A DNA stretch of 64,000 bases from an uncultured virus (IMG/VR IMGVR_UViG_2721755777_000003) (IMGVR_UViG_2721755777_000003:1-64000); one strand, 5' to 3'. Shown: positions 52,088 through 62,534, counted from the first letter of the stretch. The notes: a model not told the origin generated them from the letters alone. Numbers and translations: made by a program.

Positions 52088-52837
52088 TCAACTGTTCTTT
52101 TCATACTTCGCCCTTTTAAACAGTTTTTTAAACCAATTTTTCTTTTCAGTAACCACTGCAAATCCGGGATTATTCATCCTAAACCCATTTGGTATTTTGT
52201 CCATGCTGTTTAGCTGCTTCTTCAATTGCTCAATATCTTGGGGTGTATTGATGGTCATTGCATTATTTGATTCTTTTGCTTCCTGCACTTCGGAAATCAT
52301 CTTATCTAAAGTGAGATCACAATACTCATCTTCCCAGTCGCCTATGAAATAAAAACGTTCAATCAAAGTACCGCTCGACTCATCTTGAAAAGTGCCGAAT
52401 AAAATTGGATCCTTATCTCTCCGTTCTTTTTCGATCTGCCTTTCAACCTTCCCCGTATAATCTGTAAACACCACATAAAACCGATCCAATTTGTCTTTCA
52501 CTTTGTTGTATTCAATGATTACATCATCAGGGATTTCACGTTCGTAATTTTCAAGCTCAATAATTTTGACAGTATCTTTTGCAATGTTATCTATGTATTC
52601 TTCAATGTCATCTCGATAAACAAACGTATCAATGCCAAGCTTTACAATCTCGCGTTCTTTTTCTATTGATTCTAAGTGGAATATCAGTTTCTTTGCGGCT
52701 TTAATTTGATTAGTTTGCTTATACTTATTGAGTAATACCAAGCAATTGTCGTAATATCTTTGAAGTTCTTTGTCTGTAACCTTATTTTTCTTTGATTTAA
52801 TCATTTCAAAATACTGATTTGGTTGTAACAATTCCAT
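52088..52837 (-). CDS. Hypothetical phage protein
   Basis: 249-aa ORF with RBS AAGGAG. Confidence 0.65.
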   Translation of the reverse strand: MELLQPNQYFEMIKSKKNKVTDKELQRYYDNCLVLLNKYKQTNQIKAAKKLIFHLESIEKEREIVKLGIDTFVYRDDIEEYIDNIAKDTVKIIELENYEREIPDDVIIEYNKVKDKLDRFYVVFTDYTGKVERQIEKERRDKDPILFGTFQDESSGTLIERFYFIGDWEDEYCDLTLDKMISEVQEAKESNNAMTINTPQDIEQLKKQLNSMDKIPNGFRMNNPGFAVVTEKKNWFKKLFKRAKYEKNS

Positions 52838-53100
52838 CTTTCCACTCCTTTACTTAACTGATTCCCTCATATCCTCATATTTTTTATACTTTTCCCATTG
52901 CTGAAGCATATGTATCGCAATATCGTGAATAGTGTTTATGATGTCCTTCTTTTCAATACTGTCAATGTGTACATTCCAATCATTAGTCAGCTGCAGTAGT
53001 TGTTGTCCTGCATTCTTCGTATTGTATTCAAGTGCTTTTTTCAACTCATTCGTATTCATTTCACCACTCCCCTTGAAACACTTTAAAATGCATCTTTTAA

Positions 53101-53508
53101 TCACTTTTTTGCAGCATAGTTTTCAAAGAATTCTTCGACTGATCTCAGGTATCGGTATTTATTTGCATCTTCCGGATCTCTAAATCTTTTTGATAGTACC
53201 AATGACCAATTAAACATCACTGGAGAAAATCTCGCCCATTTGCTAAAGCTTAACTGAAGACCTTTCCATTCTCTCCCCGCTAATTCCGCTAACTCTAGAA
53301 TTTGACCTTCTTTTAAATTTACTTCTTCTTCAAACATTACTTGAATTTCCTCGTATGGTTTATGTCCAAAACAACAGTGGCGCGTTTTCAATCCAATCTT
53401 GAAATTCAAAATATCAATTAAATTGATCATTTGTGTATCAAGTTCATCATAGGGAATGCCATTTGTAATGAATCTTTCTCTTTGAATTGATTTCACATTA
53501 ACCTCCAA
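53101..53508 (-). CDS. Phage protein (YoqC position)
   Basis: TRHCCFGH motif; synteny. Confidence 0.6.
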   Translation of the reverse strand: MEVNVKSIQRERFITNGIPYDELDTQMINLIDILNFKIGLKTRHCCFGHKPYEEIQVMFEEEVNLKEGQILELAELAGREWKGLQLSFSKWARFSPVMFNWSLVLSKRFRDPEDANKYRYLRSVEEFFENYAAKK

Positions 53509-53514
53509 TAACAG

Positions 53515-53853
53515 TTACACCTCCTGGCCACTCCACGCTTCAAATTTCTCTATGGCAGCCTTTTGTTTATTTTCATGATTAATTTGTTCCTGAATAGAAT
53601 TTTCGTATGTAATGACTTCATTGATTGCCATCTCTATGTAATTGTAATCCCACTTTGCTTCGAAATAACTAGGTTCTGACCCCCCTTCTGCTGTGAGACA
53701 CTTAAACTTTTCTTTCCCGAATAAACCGCGTACCTTTTTATATAAAGAGACCCTGACAAAGCCTTTTGAGTATCTATCACTGTAAATACTTACGGCATAC
53801 TCATTACCTTCAACCGAAGTCACGGGATATTTGTGTAAGTGAAATTCGCTCAT
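53515..53853 (-). CDS. Phage protein (YoqB position)
   Basis: ATGA coupling; synteny. Confidence 0.6.
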   Translation of the reverse strand: MSEFHLHKYPVTSVEGNEYAVSIYSDRYSKGFVRVSLYKKVRGLFGKEKFKCLTAEGGSEPSYFEAKWDYNYIEMAINEVITYENSIQEQINHENKQKAAIEKFEAWSGQEV

Positions 53854-54155
53854 TCCGCACCCTCCTTCACTATATAACCTTTTAAAATCGCCTGATTCAG
53901 ATCATCAGCATACATACTATTCAGTGATTTAAACAATCCAGTCCACGGTTCGACGTCACCATTATTGATGACAAATTGTTTCCCTACAAATTGAAGACGC
54001 GCAAATTCTTTTTTATCCCCATTTGTTAAGTCGTTCACTCTCTGAGGATCATTATCAGCCATTCTTAAATAAAACTTCATGCCTTCTTTGATCGCCCGCG
54101 CCTGTTCCCGCGTGACCTCAACCTTATCGCTTGTTTTGATTTTTATCTTTCTCAT
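53850..54155 (-). CDS. Hypothetical phage protein
   Basis: Ends EGAE; coupled at both ends. Confidence 0.6.
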   Translation of the reverse strand: MRKIKIKTSDKVEVTREQARAIKEGMKFYLRMADNDPQRVNDLTNGDKKEFARLQFVGKQFVINNGDVEPWTGLFKSLNSMYADDLNQAILKGYIVKEGAE

Positions 54156-54322
54156 TCCGCGTCCTCCTTCTTTTCATTGACCCGATCAATGAAAATGTGT
54201 TCGGAATCTTTATGTGATTCATCATAATGACGGAGGATGAATCTTACACATTCTGCATTGTCTCCCGACTGAAAAATGGTTTCATTAGTTCTTTCATCAT
54301 AAACACGATATTTTTCACTCAT
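54152..54322 (-). CDS. 56-aa hypothetical protein; not in ORF track
   Basis: MSEKYRVYDE...KKEDAE; coupled at both ends. Confidence 0.65.
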   Translation of the reverse strand: MSEKYRVYDERTNETIFQSGDNAECVRFILRHYDESHKDSEHIFIDRVNEKKEDAE

Positions 54323-54884
54323 TCCGCGCCCTCCTCAGTCCAAAGCAATGTCTCATTCGTTATTTTTTCCACTTTATAATTTATGATATAGTTATTTTTT
54401 GCGTATTCCTCTGCATATTTCAATGCAGTTTTATCATCACTGGCGCCGTAACTGAAATGCTTCCAACCGAACTTAACTTCGTACCAAAGCTTATATTCAA
54501 TACGCTTTTCTTCAGCATTCATAAGCACCCTCCTTAGTGACCCGATTACTCCTTCTATCTTGAAACATGTTTGTTTGATATTCCTGCAACTGATTTTCAA
54601 TAATTTCCACAGAAGCTAAAGGAAAAGCAGTTTTTTCCCACAATATAAAATCACACTGCTTGTCATTCGCATCGGGAAAGTAATTCCTCACTAAATCTAT
54701 CCACGTCATTCTGCGCCCTCCTTCTTAACTATCCATTTATTAACGAAGTAACCACTGATGAAACCACCCGACGTTACGAACCCTGTTTTGATATAATCAT
54801 TTCCGTAATGATGGCTTAGTAAAGCGCCCGCCATAGTGAATATCATCGGCACCAGAAAAATAATGGCCATTCTATTGATCTGTT

Positions 54885-55298
54885 TCACTCCGCGCCCTCC
54901 AATAACTCGGGATTCTGATAAATGTTTCCGATGACTTTTAAGGAAACAGTTGTACTTATTGAGTTTCCCGTCCATCCGCCATTACCTGAATTCGCAAGGT
55001 AGAACTGAACCGGAACGATTTTAAACATAGCTTGATGCGTGTCGTAACAGATAACCCCAATTTGATAATTAAAAGTCCCATATTTGACTATAGATCCATC
55101 ATAAAGACTTTTATCCTTCAACCCTGTTCCCCACATGAGAACGGATTTTCTGTCCAGACTTGACGCGACTATATCAGGACATAAACCTGCGGAATCTTTA
55201 TACAACGTCCATCCCTTACCTCTTATAAACAGGGTCATATTTACGTCATCCCCATAATACATCTGCTCGCCGTTCCAGACTCTGTATATTGCGTTCAT
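54885..55298 (-). CDS. yopX: YopX-family protein
   Basis: YRVW, LMWGTGLKDK, VIGNIYQNPELLE. Confidence 0.85.
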   Translation of the reverse strand: MNAIYRVWNGEQMYYGDDVNMTLFIRGKGWTLYKDSAGLCPDIVASSLDRKSVLMWGTGLKDKSLYDGSIVKYGTFNYQIGVICYDTHQAMFKIVPVQFYLANSGNGGWTGNSISTTVSLKVIGNIYQNPELLEGAE

Positions 55299-55629
55299 AG
55301 GAGCGAACCGTCCATGATAAGGACTTTAATGTCCGGATCGTTGAAAGTCCCTGAAATATAGGTGTAAGACATCAGCTCTCCATCTTCACCCTTTACTTGT
55401 GAATACATAATGAGCGCATAGTCTCGTTCCACTTCTCGGATTTCATCGTCTTGAAAATTTTCGTAATCGTCCGTGTCAGAAATATACTCGTTGTAAATCC
55501 TTTCAGCATCCGCCTCGTCTTTCGCTTTGATAAGCGCGTAATATGGATCATTGATTTCATAGAATTTCATTGTTCTTCCCCCTTCAATTGTTTGGATGTC
55601 TGAAGTGATCGGGTTGTCAGCGTGGTTCA

Positions 55630-56202
55630 TCAATACCCCTCCTGCTGTCGCTGATGATTGACGGCGTTTTTGTCCATGTAAGCCGCTTCGATCTGTTCCG
55701 TGGTAAAATCGAGCATTACTCCCAAGCCTATGAATATTTGAAATAGAGATTCATACCTGTACCTCGCCAATGATTGCTCCGCTGGAGAATGACCTCTCGC
55801 TGCTTGTGCCATATATACGATTTCCTCAAATAATGAGGCGAATTGTTCTGTCAGATTAACTTCACAAAAGAACACTTGTAACTCTTTAGCAGAGACGATT
55901 TTATAATCAATGTGATTCCCAATGCTCAAGATAAAGTGCAGGCAGTCCACGTATTCCTCAAGAAGTGGGTTTCCGCCTCTTCTGAAAGCCCCATTAGGTG
56001 AAACTTCTAACGGATGTTTTGTTCTTGGCTCCCGTTCATTGCTCCAATGCTTAAAGCCGCGCCATTCGTTCGCACACTCGGCAAGCTCAACCTGTAGAGC
56101 AAGAATGAGGTTTGGGAGCAAGTCCTGCCCCTCAAGCCCCTTTTCTTTGATGATCCGATCATCAAGCACCTTTTGCATTTGGAACATTTTTTGTAGATTC
56201 AT
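55630..56202 (-). CDS. Dimeric all-alpha dUTPase (dUTPase_2)
   Basis: VELAECANEWRGFKHW, LEEYVDCLHFILS, YMDKNAVNHQRQ. Confidence 0.88.
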   Translation of the reverse strand: MNLQKMFQMQKVLDDRIIKEKGLEGQDLLPNLILALQVELAECANEWRGFKHWSNEREPRTKHPLEVSPNGAFRRGGNPLLEEYVDCLHFILSIGNHIDYKIVSAKELQVFFCEVNLTEQFASLFEEIVYMAQAARGHSPAEQSLARYRYESLFQIFIGLGVMLDFTTEQIEAAYMDKNAVNHQRQQEGY

Positions 56203-56496
56203 TGTTTCCGCTCCCCTATTTAAATTTGAATAAAACTTACATTTTATTTTTACTCTTAATACATTCATGCTGATTCACAACATCACGGAGTATGTATTGT
56301 ATTTCCTCTAAATTGTCTTTAACAAAATCTAGGTCTCCAATTGCCATTCTTATTTCGTTATTCTCTATGCTGCGCAATGACCTTTCACATGACGCTAAGA
56401 GCTTTGCATATTTCTTTAAAACCATGGTTCTTATTTGATTATTAGTTGGTTCATTAATCAATAATTAAAGCTATCTCCTTTCCTAATTCTAATTCG

Positions 56497-56545
56497 ATTA
56501 TATAACCTCAACCATATGTTGTAAATACTTATTTTATTTTTATTC
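56497..56545 (-). promoter_or_regulatory. Sigma-A early promoter with upstream repeated element
   Basis: GAATAAAAATAAAATAAGTA-TTTACA-N17-TATAAT. Confidence 0.75.
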
Positions 56546-56569
56546 TAAATAATTTTAAAAAAATCAGCT

Positions 56570-56815
56570 TTACTCATACTGTAAAGCTGCTGTCTTCATA
56601 AACGTCTTCATGCCGTCCAGTTTCCAAAGAGTTTCATTTATTTTGTCTCTAAATTCTAAAACTGAAGCATGATCCATTCTAATCCTCAAACAATCCCCAT
56701 TGTTTTTAAAAATAATGTCTATGTAGTACTCTCCACTTTGGATGTTCTTAGAACCAACACTCATGGAAACTGATCTCATAATGTCTTTCAAGTCAATTTC
56801 AAGATTAAAATCCAT
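56570..56815 (-). CDS. Hypothetical phage protein
   Basis: ORF with GGAG RBS. Confidence 0.55.
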   Translation of the reverse strand: MDFNLEIDLKDIMRSVSMSVGSKNIQSGEYYIDIIFKNNGDCLRIRMDHASVLEFRDKINETLWKLDGMKTFMKTAALQYE

Positions 56816-56889
56816 TGTATGCTCCAGTCTGACTAAAAAGTCACCAATTTTTTATGTCTCATGATGACTGACAAGATGTGTATGTATTT

Positions 56890-57189
56890 TTACTTCGATG
56901 ATAACAATTGTGAAGATTTATAATCCTCATTTTCAAACGAATCGTCTATTTCTTCGGCATAAGAGGTTGTTAATTCAGCATCCTCTGTACACATGATATC
57001 TACATCAAATAGTGCCTCATATTTTTCATGATCTTTTTGAAGAAATCCCATTTTTCCTGTTTTATTTCTCAATTTCTTTTTAATTGATTGATATGCGAAC
57101 AAAAGTGCTTCCTCTTCATTCTTGGCTTTTATTCTGCCGAAAAAAGGTATGCACAGCTCCCCTTGAATGAAATAATCCTTTTCTGACAT
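56890..57189 (-). CDS. Hypothetical protein downstream of a LexA-boxed promoter
   Basis: 99-aa ORF with GAGAGGG RBS. Confidence 0.65.
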   Translation of the reverse strand: MSEKDYFIQGELCIPFFGRIKAKNEEEALLFAYQSIKKKLRNKTGKMGFLQKDHEKYEALFDVDIMCTEDAELTTSYAEEIDDSFENEDYKSSQLLSSK

Positions 57190-57218
57190 ACGTTTCCCTC
57201 TCTCTGGTAGTAATTAAC

Positions 57219-57277
57219 CGAACTTACGTTCCCTTTTTTGTTGACTTAATTATAACCTTTTACCTAGTTAGTGGCAA
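57219..57277 (-). promoter_or_regulatory. Sigma-A promoter with LexA (SOS) box
   Basis: TTGCCA-N17-TATAAT (57277-57249); CGAACTTACGTTCC at 57219-57232. Confidence 0.75.
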
Positions 57278-57354
57278 ATCTTTTTTCTTTCATTTAAAAA
57301 CTTGGAAAGAATTGATATAGTATGATAAGCAATACTATAACAGGAGGTTGTCCG

Positions 57355-57576
57355 ATGCTTGAGGTTGAAATCGGACAATGTTTGATATCCATTCTCCTTG
57401 AACGTAGAGGAATGTCCCTAGGGCAACTTTCAAACCTAACAGGCATCAGTAAGCAAAGGTTAAGTGATTACGCTAATGGCGTTAGACCTTCTATGAATAT
57501 AAAAACAGCGAAAATCATTGCAATTGCCCTTAACTGTTCGATTGAAGACCTCTATGAATGGAAAATCAAACATTGA
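57355..57576 (+). CDS. yopS: XRE-family HTH regulator
   Basis: HTH_3 pattern; RBS AGGAGG; synteny. Confidence 0.8.
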   Translation: MLEVEIGQCLISILLERRGMSLGQLSNLTGISKQRLSDYANGVRPSMNIKTAKIIAIALNCSIEDLYEWKIKH

Positions 57577-57796
57577 CTTAATCGCTAGGGAGTTTGACCT
57601 AGCGAACCTCCTTGTACCCTTTTTAGTGTATAGAACTATTTTACTGCATATGTACAAATTTGTCTCTGTCTAACTTTGTCGAATTCTGAAAAATATGAAC
57701 AAAATCCTGATATTTTGTAAAAAATATCACGAGTTAATTCATATTGTTTTTATTTTTACTCTAAAAGTTATGTAAAGTTAATCCCTGTAACAGGGA

Positions 57797-58780
57797 TTAA
57801 GAATTAGCCTCAATTACTTCAGACTTGATACAATATTTTTCCAAGTTCTCCATATTCACTACTTTCCTCAGTGATTGTGAATTAAACTCCGCGTCTTCAT
57901 TCAGGAATCCATATTGTCGAGTTATTTTTTTATAATCAGGTACTTTTAATTCACCCTTCTCTTTATATATCTCATACGCCATGTTGAGCTTTCCTGAGTT
58001 GATAAGATTTTTAGGTGTAAAGAAAGGTTCTTCTAAAAATTTTTGAAACTGACTAAAAGAACGGTGAACTAAAAATTTGTCAGCTTTCATACTCTGATTA
58101 GAACTCTTATATTTTAGCCTAAAAATATTTTCGCTTTTAACTAATGTGGCAAATTTGTTTTTAAGACCACTGTCTGGAGAACCATTGCTAAGATGATATG
58201 TTCTTTGGTCATTAGCACGCTTAAGCAACTCATAACATTTATCACTTACAGTAATTATTCTTATACCATGTTTATCATCTACCAGCTTCACCTTGTTATC
58301 ATCGAGTAAATCGTCACCTGTTAAATTCAGTAACTCAGAATGCTGATAACCATCTATACCTTCATAAATAGCCTGTATCATGGCCTTATCCTGATAATTA
58401 ACCATAAAATCAACATACTCTTCTACTTCTTTATTGGTGAATAGTGTTTTTTTGTTTTTGTCTATAAACTGCTTTAGGTCGCCATCCTGTATCTGATACA
58501 CTTTGTTAATATTACTGTTTGCCAAGCCATTTTCCATTGCCCAGGTTGTGTATTGTCCAATTACAGCTCTTGCTCCTCTTAGTGAATCTATAGATTTGCT
58601 ATCTAAATCTAAAAATAACGTACGTAGCTCTTCCAAAGAAAAATTAAATATGTCTTTTTTAAGTATGTTTTCTGTAGCTGAAAAATCTTTTAGCCTCAGA
58701 CGATAAAGGTTTCTTGTTACTTCACTTTCGTATTTCTCTAAAAACTTTTCCTTTAATTCAGCATTATACATTTCACTCAT
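57797..58780 (-). CDS. yopR: Integrase-fold master repressor (YopR/MrpR/SroF)
   Basis: [19 protein letters not shown]...SEL, SGKL; synteny; hairpin at about 57778-57800. Confidence 0.85.
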   Translation of the reverse strand: MSEMYNAELKEKFLEKYESEVTRNLYRLRLKDFSATENILKKDIFNFSLEELRTLFLDLDSKSIDSLRGARAVIGQYTTWAMENGLANSNINKVYQIQDGDLKQFIDKNKKTLFTNKEVEEYVDFMVNYQDKAMIQAIYEGIDGYQHSELLNLTGDDLLDDNKVKLVDDKHGIRIITVSDKCYELLKRANDQRTYHLSNGSPDSGLKNKFATLVKSENIFRLKYKSSNQSMKADKFLVHRSFSQFQKFLEEPFFTPKNLINSGKLNMAYEIYKEKGELKVPDYKKITRQYGFLNEDAEFNSQSLRKVVNMENLEKYCIKSEVIEANS

Positions 58781-58800
58781 ATTAAATTCTCCTTTAAGCT

Positions 58801-60150
58801 TTAAACAACAGCAATTTCATCATAAAATATTCTCTTTAGTTTCTTCTTCATAGCAGTCTTCAGTTGATTTTCATTATTTCGTCTTCCTAATTCTTCAAAC
58901 ACTCTTCCGCTCTTACTAAAGTCAATTGTATTAAGGATACTTTCAAGCTTGTTTAGTTCTACATTGTTTTCCTTCATCTTCTTGGCCAAATAAACATAAC
59001 CGTAAAACATTACGTTATGATTAATGTATGATTGCTTTCTAATGGACGATAAATCATCTTCAAGAAATTCATCTGGGAAGGCATAAAAAAGGTTATCAAA
59101 AAAGTCGACCAGGTATTTCGCAATTTTCAACGCATCTTTTCGAGATTTCAACTCAAATGCATCATCTATAGCTTCGGATAAAGTATAATATGTCACAAGG
59201 AAATTGCTATCGATACCAATTTCACTTTGTGGGCTTATTTTATTTTTAAGTTCACTTTTAAATTTCAGCTGCTCGACAACTGTTGAAGAATACCGTTTTT
59301 GCCCTAATTCTTCAATTCTGGATTTTTCAACTGGGTTTATTGTGTTCATTTGAGCAAAGTGAACCTTAGCCTTTTCTTCATCGTAATTGAGCACATTTAA
59401 AATGAATGGTTGATCTAATTCAGGGACTTCAGCAATGGCCTTAACAATACCTGAAATTCGATGGTACCCATCTAGAGCATCTAATAAGGTTCCTCGCGTT
59501 ACAGTGAGGGTTTGGTCGCTTGGATCATATTCAACTTCTTCATCCCCATCTGATGTTCCAAGACGAGCGTTAAAAGTTAACATAGATACAATTAAATCGC
59601 CTTTGATAAACAATTCTTTGATCTCATCAACTGATTTAGGGTTTGTTTTAGGTACAGGGATAAGGCTGCCCTTAATGTACTTTCCTTCACGCTGAGTGTT
59701 GTAATTGTACTGCAGAATGGAGCTATTATATAACTCACTAAGTTCTTTGGCAGTAATGGAAGTGACATAGTTATCCTCTTTAATTTTAATCACATTTTTA
59801 AACTTGTATGGGAGCTTAACCACTTCTTCACCGGCGAATACTCTCCCACCTTCAAGCTCTTTTGCCAATCTGGTTGGAAAATAATTTAACGGATTTAAAG
59901 CTGGCGCCCCAAGAATTGAATACATCTCTTTTGAAACAATGTAGACTTCTTTTTCGTTTAAACGCTGTACGTTGTTATCATTATTATTTAAAATTTCTTG
60001 GATATAACCAGGGAGTGCCTTGTATTTTTCCGCCATCGTAGCTTTTAATTCCTTCACCATATTGGAATCATCTTTAATATCAATAAGCCTTTCCTCTATT
60101 TCACTTTTTAACTTATAAAGTTTATCCGTTGTTAACAAAACATCAGACAC
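58801..60150 (-). CDS. yopQ: ParB/DndB-like lysogeny protein (YopQ/SroE)
   Basis: QYNYNTQR and LDGYHR motifs; synteny. Confidence 0.8.
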   Translation of the reverse strand: MSDVLLTTDKLYKLKSEIEERLIDIKDDSNMVKELKATMAEKYKALPGYIQEILNNNDNNVQRLNEKEVYIVSKEMYSILGAPALNPLNYFPTRLAKELEGGRVFAGEEVVKLPYKFKNVIKIKEDNYVTSITAKELSELYNSSILQYNYNTQREGKYIKGSLIPVPKTNPKSVDEIKELFIKGDLIVSMLTFNARLGTSDGDEEVEYDPSDQTLTVTRGTLLDALDGYHRISGIVKAIAEVPELDQPFILNVLNYDEEKAKVHFAQMNTINPVEKSRIEELGQKRYSSTVVEQLKFKSELKNKISPQSEIGIDSNFLVTYYTLSEAIDDAFELKSRKDALKIAKYLVDFFDNLFYAFPDEFLEDDLSSIRKQSYINHNVMFYGYVYLAKKMKENNVELNKLESILNTIDFSKSGRVFEELGRRNNENQLKTAMKKKLKRIFYDEIAVV

Positions 60151-60226
60151 ATTATCACCTCACATAATCATATTAAATTTATCATTATTTTCATAAGCAA
60201 GTAAAGCTTTTATATGATAATTTGTA

Positions 60227-61285
60227 TCACTTATTCAAAAACATTTTAAGTTTACTCTGTATATACATGTCTGATTTTAAAAAGAATTCTTTATATTGCT
60301 CTAATGTAACATCATCTAAAAAGGTCATATCTTCTTTTTGATCAACCAAAACCCCTGGATCTTGAGAATAATCCCTTTCATTGACTAAATAATGATCATT
60401 CAAAACATTGATATTGCTGTGACCAGAGAACGCTGCCACTTTTTTAATATCACCATTAACGCTGTAAGAAAAGTTTGTTGCAGTATTGCGTAAACTATGC
60501 GGAGTTATCTTTCTTTCTTTGGGAATACCCATAACTCTACATACGCGATTCCACATATCCTGTATTGAATCAACTGTTAACTTATGAAATAACAGTTCAT
60601 GTTCCCCATACTCTTGCTTTAACAGCAACAACTCTTCATAAAAAGCTGTGGAAATTCCAACTGGCCTAGCCTTTTTTTGCTTAGTTTTTTTAAAGTTGAC
60701 GAGATAACATTGATGCTTTTCTGAATAAGTAATATCATCCCACCCAACTCTAAGCACCTCTGATTTACGCCCTCCAGTACGTGCACTAAACAAAATAAAC
60801 ATCTTTTTCATTAATCTGTTCTGACGCTCAGTAACATACGCTGCCTCAGCAAATTCATCAGCTTCCGATATTCCTTCAAAAGAGCCTGCTGGATTCTTTT
60901 CTGTTGGAAGAGGCCTAAAATTAAATACAGATGCATCACACTCATGTTCAGATTCAAGATACTTAATCATACTTTTCAGTGCGGCAATCTTGTTGTTAAT
61001 TGTTGAATTGGAGTTACTTTTATTTTTAGCCAAATGGGTTCGATAATCATACAGGTCACTCTTCTTGATCGCCAGGTCACTCTCAGTTAAATATTCAATA
61101 TCCTTGGCAGCATAGTGGTTGAAAAACTCTCTTATATGCCTTTCATACGTGGCTCTAGTATTAGACTTTTCAATTTCTCCAGTTTTTTGATCCCTGTTTC
61201 TTAAATCTAATTCATCAAACCACCTATTTATGTTGTTGAATATTGAATAATCCCTTAGTGTTGACGCTTTCTTTTGAGCTTCCAT
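60227..61285 (-). CDS. yopP: Tyrosine recombinase-fold protein (YopP/SroD)
   Basis: TGGRKSE, HSLR, SGHSN...HY. Confidence 0.85.
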   Translation of the reverse strand: MEAQKKASTLRDYSIFNNINRWFDELDLRNRDQKTGEIEKSNTRATYERHIREFFNHYAAKDIEYLTESDLAIKKSDLYDYRTHLAKNKSNSNSTINNKIAALKSMIKYLESEHECDASVFNFRPLPTEKNPAGSFEGISEADEFAEAAYVTERQNRLMKKMFILFSARTGGRKSEVLRVGWDDITYSEKHQCYLVNFKKTKQKKARPVGISTAFYEELLLLKQEYGEHELLFHKLTVDSIQDMWNRVCRVMGIPKERKITPHSLRNTATNFSYSVNGDIKKVAAFSGHSNINVLNDHYLVNERDYSQDPGVLVDQKEDMTFLDDVTLEQYKEFFLKSDMYIQSKLKMFLNK

Positions 61286-61294
61286 AATGACACC

Positions 61295-61459
61295 TCATAT
61301 CATTTTTTTCATTAAGTATTGATCAAATTCTTTCCACGCAACAATCCATTCATTTTCACCTTGAATATTGCTCAGCAGCATTATATTGGCGTTACAGATT
61401 TCCATTTGCTTTAACATGTCGTATTCTTTAAGAGCGTTAATTAAGATATCTGTATTCAT
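61295..61459 (-). CDS. 54-aa hypothetical protein; not in ORF track
   Basis: MNTDILINAL...KKMI with AGGTG RBS. Confidence 0.55.
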   Translation of the reverse strand: MNTDILINALKEYDMLKQMEICNANIMLLSNIQGENEWIVAWKEFDQYLMKKMI

Positions 61460-61561
61460 TTTATCACACCTAATTTATTTTTATCCTATAATAAAATTCA
61501 GTTTAGGACATTTACCCTCTCGTCCTTACAGACGTTTATAATTGGCATCCCCGTCAATTCC

Positions 61562-61747
61562 TCATAAAGCTCCTCTTCGAACCCATTCATCACTTGTCGC
61601 TTCTCTTCGTAAGAACTCATTATAAGCAACTGCTATCTCAGGCTGCTCTAGAAATTTTAAAACGATCATATGCTTTTTCCAAACTTTAGCCTTGTTTTCT
61701 TCTGTGTAATATTTATTATTCATTTTAATTTTACTCCTTAAATGCAT
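61562..61747 (-). CDS. Small lysogeny-operon protein
   Basis: Likely start MNNKYY after AGGAG. Confidence 0.55.
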   Translation of the reverse strand: MHLRSKIKMNNKYYTEENKAKVWKKHMIVLKFLEQPEIAVAYNEFLRREATSDEWVRRGAL

Positions 61748-61968
61748 TTTATAGAATTTTTTTGTTCTTTAATGAGGTTGTATTCTTTATGATTTTTTCT
61801 CATTGTAGTTACATTATTAGGTGTAAACACATCTGGATCCTCTAGGTGGAGATTGACTCGTGTGAAGTTCTTTAGTTGTTTTATGTATTGATATTGTCTT
61901 AATGATGTAATCTTCAACTCTTCCTTTTGAGTGGCACTGGTTGTTTCCATTGTTTCATCTCCCAACAA
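61738..61968 (-). CDS. Small protein, first gene of the lysogeny operon after aimX
   Basis: Downstream of sigma-A promoter; RBS GGGAG. Confidence 0.6.
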   Translation of the reverse strand: MLGDETMETTSATQKEELKITSLRQYQYIKQLKNFTRVNLHLEDPDVFTPNNVTTMRKNHKEYNLIKEQKNSIKCI

Positions 61969-61986
61969 CGTTCATCTTGTAACTTC

Positions 61987-62036
61987 ATTATATATGTTGC
62001 CAGAATAATATGCAATAATTTATTTTATTTTTATTC
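61987..62036 (-). promoter_or_regulatory. Sigma-A promoter with upstream repeated element
   Basis: GAATAAAAATAAAATAAATTA-TTGCAT-N17-TATAAT. Confidence 0.75.
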
Positions 62037-62099
62037 ACGACAAATAACACATCCCTTATGTATGTGTTAAAATGTCTGCTGATTTGTCTTTAATCCTCA

Positions 62100-62255
62100 T
62101 TAGGATACCTTTGCTTTATATTTTGATCTAATCATTTCTGCTTCATTTTCAAGGTGATTATCTTCCTGGGAAATTTCTAAATTTATATCTCCCATTTCCA
62201 TGTATCCCTTAGCCATTTCCTCATAAGAAAGTGCTTTCCCGAAATGCTTTTTCAT
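62100..62255 (-). CDS. aimX: AimX, 51-aa MazE mimic; not in ORF track
   Basis: MKKHFGKALSYEEMAKGYMEMGDINLEISQEDNHLENEAEMIRSKYKAKVS; directly after aimP. Confidence 0.85.
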   Translation of the reverse strand: MKKHFGKALSYEEMAKGYMEMGDINLEISQEDNHLENEAEMIRSKYKAKVS

Positions 62256-62316
62256 TTTAATTCCCCCATGGTCTTATATTTGGTTTTATAAAATATAGGA
62301 ACTTCCCCTTTAAATT

Positions 62317-62350
62317 AGAAAAGACGCCTGATCCTTTGGATCAAACGTCT
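62317..62350 (-). terminator. Terminator between aimP and aimX
   Basis: AGACGTTTGATCC-AAA-GGATCAGGCGTCT followed by a T tract. Confidence 0.75.
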
Positions 62351-62380
62351 AACCGTTGACTATGTAAATTCCTAGTTGTG

Positions 62381-62506
62381 TTATGCTCCTCTGCTAGCTG
62401 AAGCCACTGTGATATCTCCGTTAGCAGTTTGGACTGATTGTTGTCCACTTACAAACCCTACAGTTAAAGCTAGTAAAATGACAATCGCGCAATTAAATTT
62501 CTTCAT
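62381..62506 (-). CDS. aimP: Arbitrium pre-pro-peptide, predicted mature SASRGA; not in ORF track
   Basis: MKKFNCAIVILLALTVGFVSGQQSVQTANGDITVASASRGA; RBS AAGGAGGTG. Confidence 0.92.
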   Translation of the reverse strand: MKKFNCAIVILLALTVGFVSGQQSVQTANGDITVASASRGA

Positions 62507-62534
62507 TCTTTCACCTCCTTTCAAGTGAAGAAAG

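Larger units (their letters stand above)
53850..54900 (-). repeat. Five near-identical 16-bp gene junctions GGAGG(G/A)YGC(G/A)GA(A/G)TGA
   Basis: Copies at 53850-53865, 54152-54167, 54319-54334, 54706-54721 and 54885-54900; degenerate copy at 54519-54533. Confidence 0.85.

Noticed and set aside
53850..54900. Junction repeats as a CRISPR array or integron attC sites
   Set aside because: Spacing is gene-sized and irregular, repeats are not palindromic, and no cas or integron integrase is present.
57677..57683. Spo0A box TGTCGAA
   Set aside because: Single 7-mer between convergent gene ends; expected by chance.
60227..61285. YopP as the prophage integrase
   Set aside because: Internal position in the lysogeny operon; SPbeta-like phages integrate with a terminal serine recombinase, not in this window.
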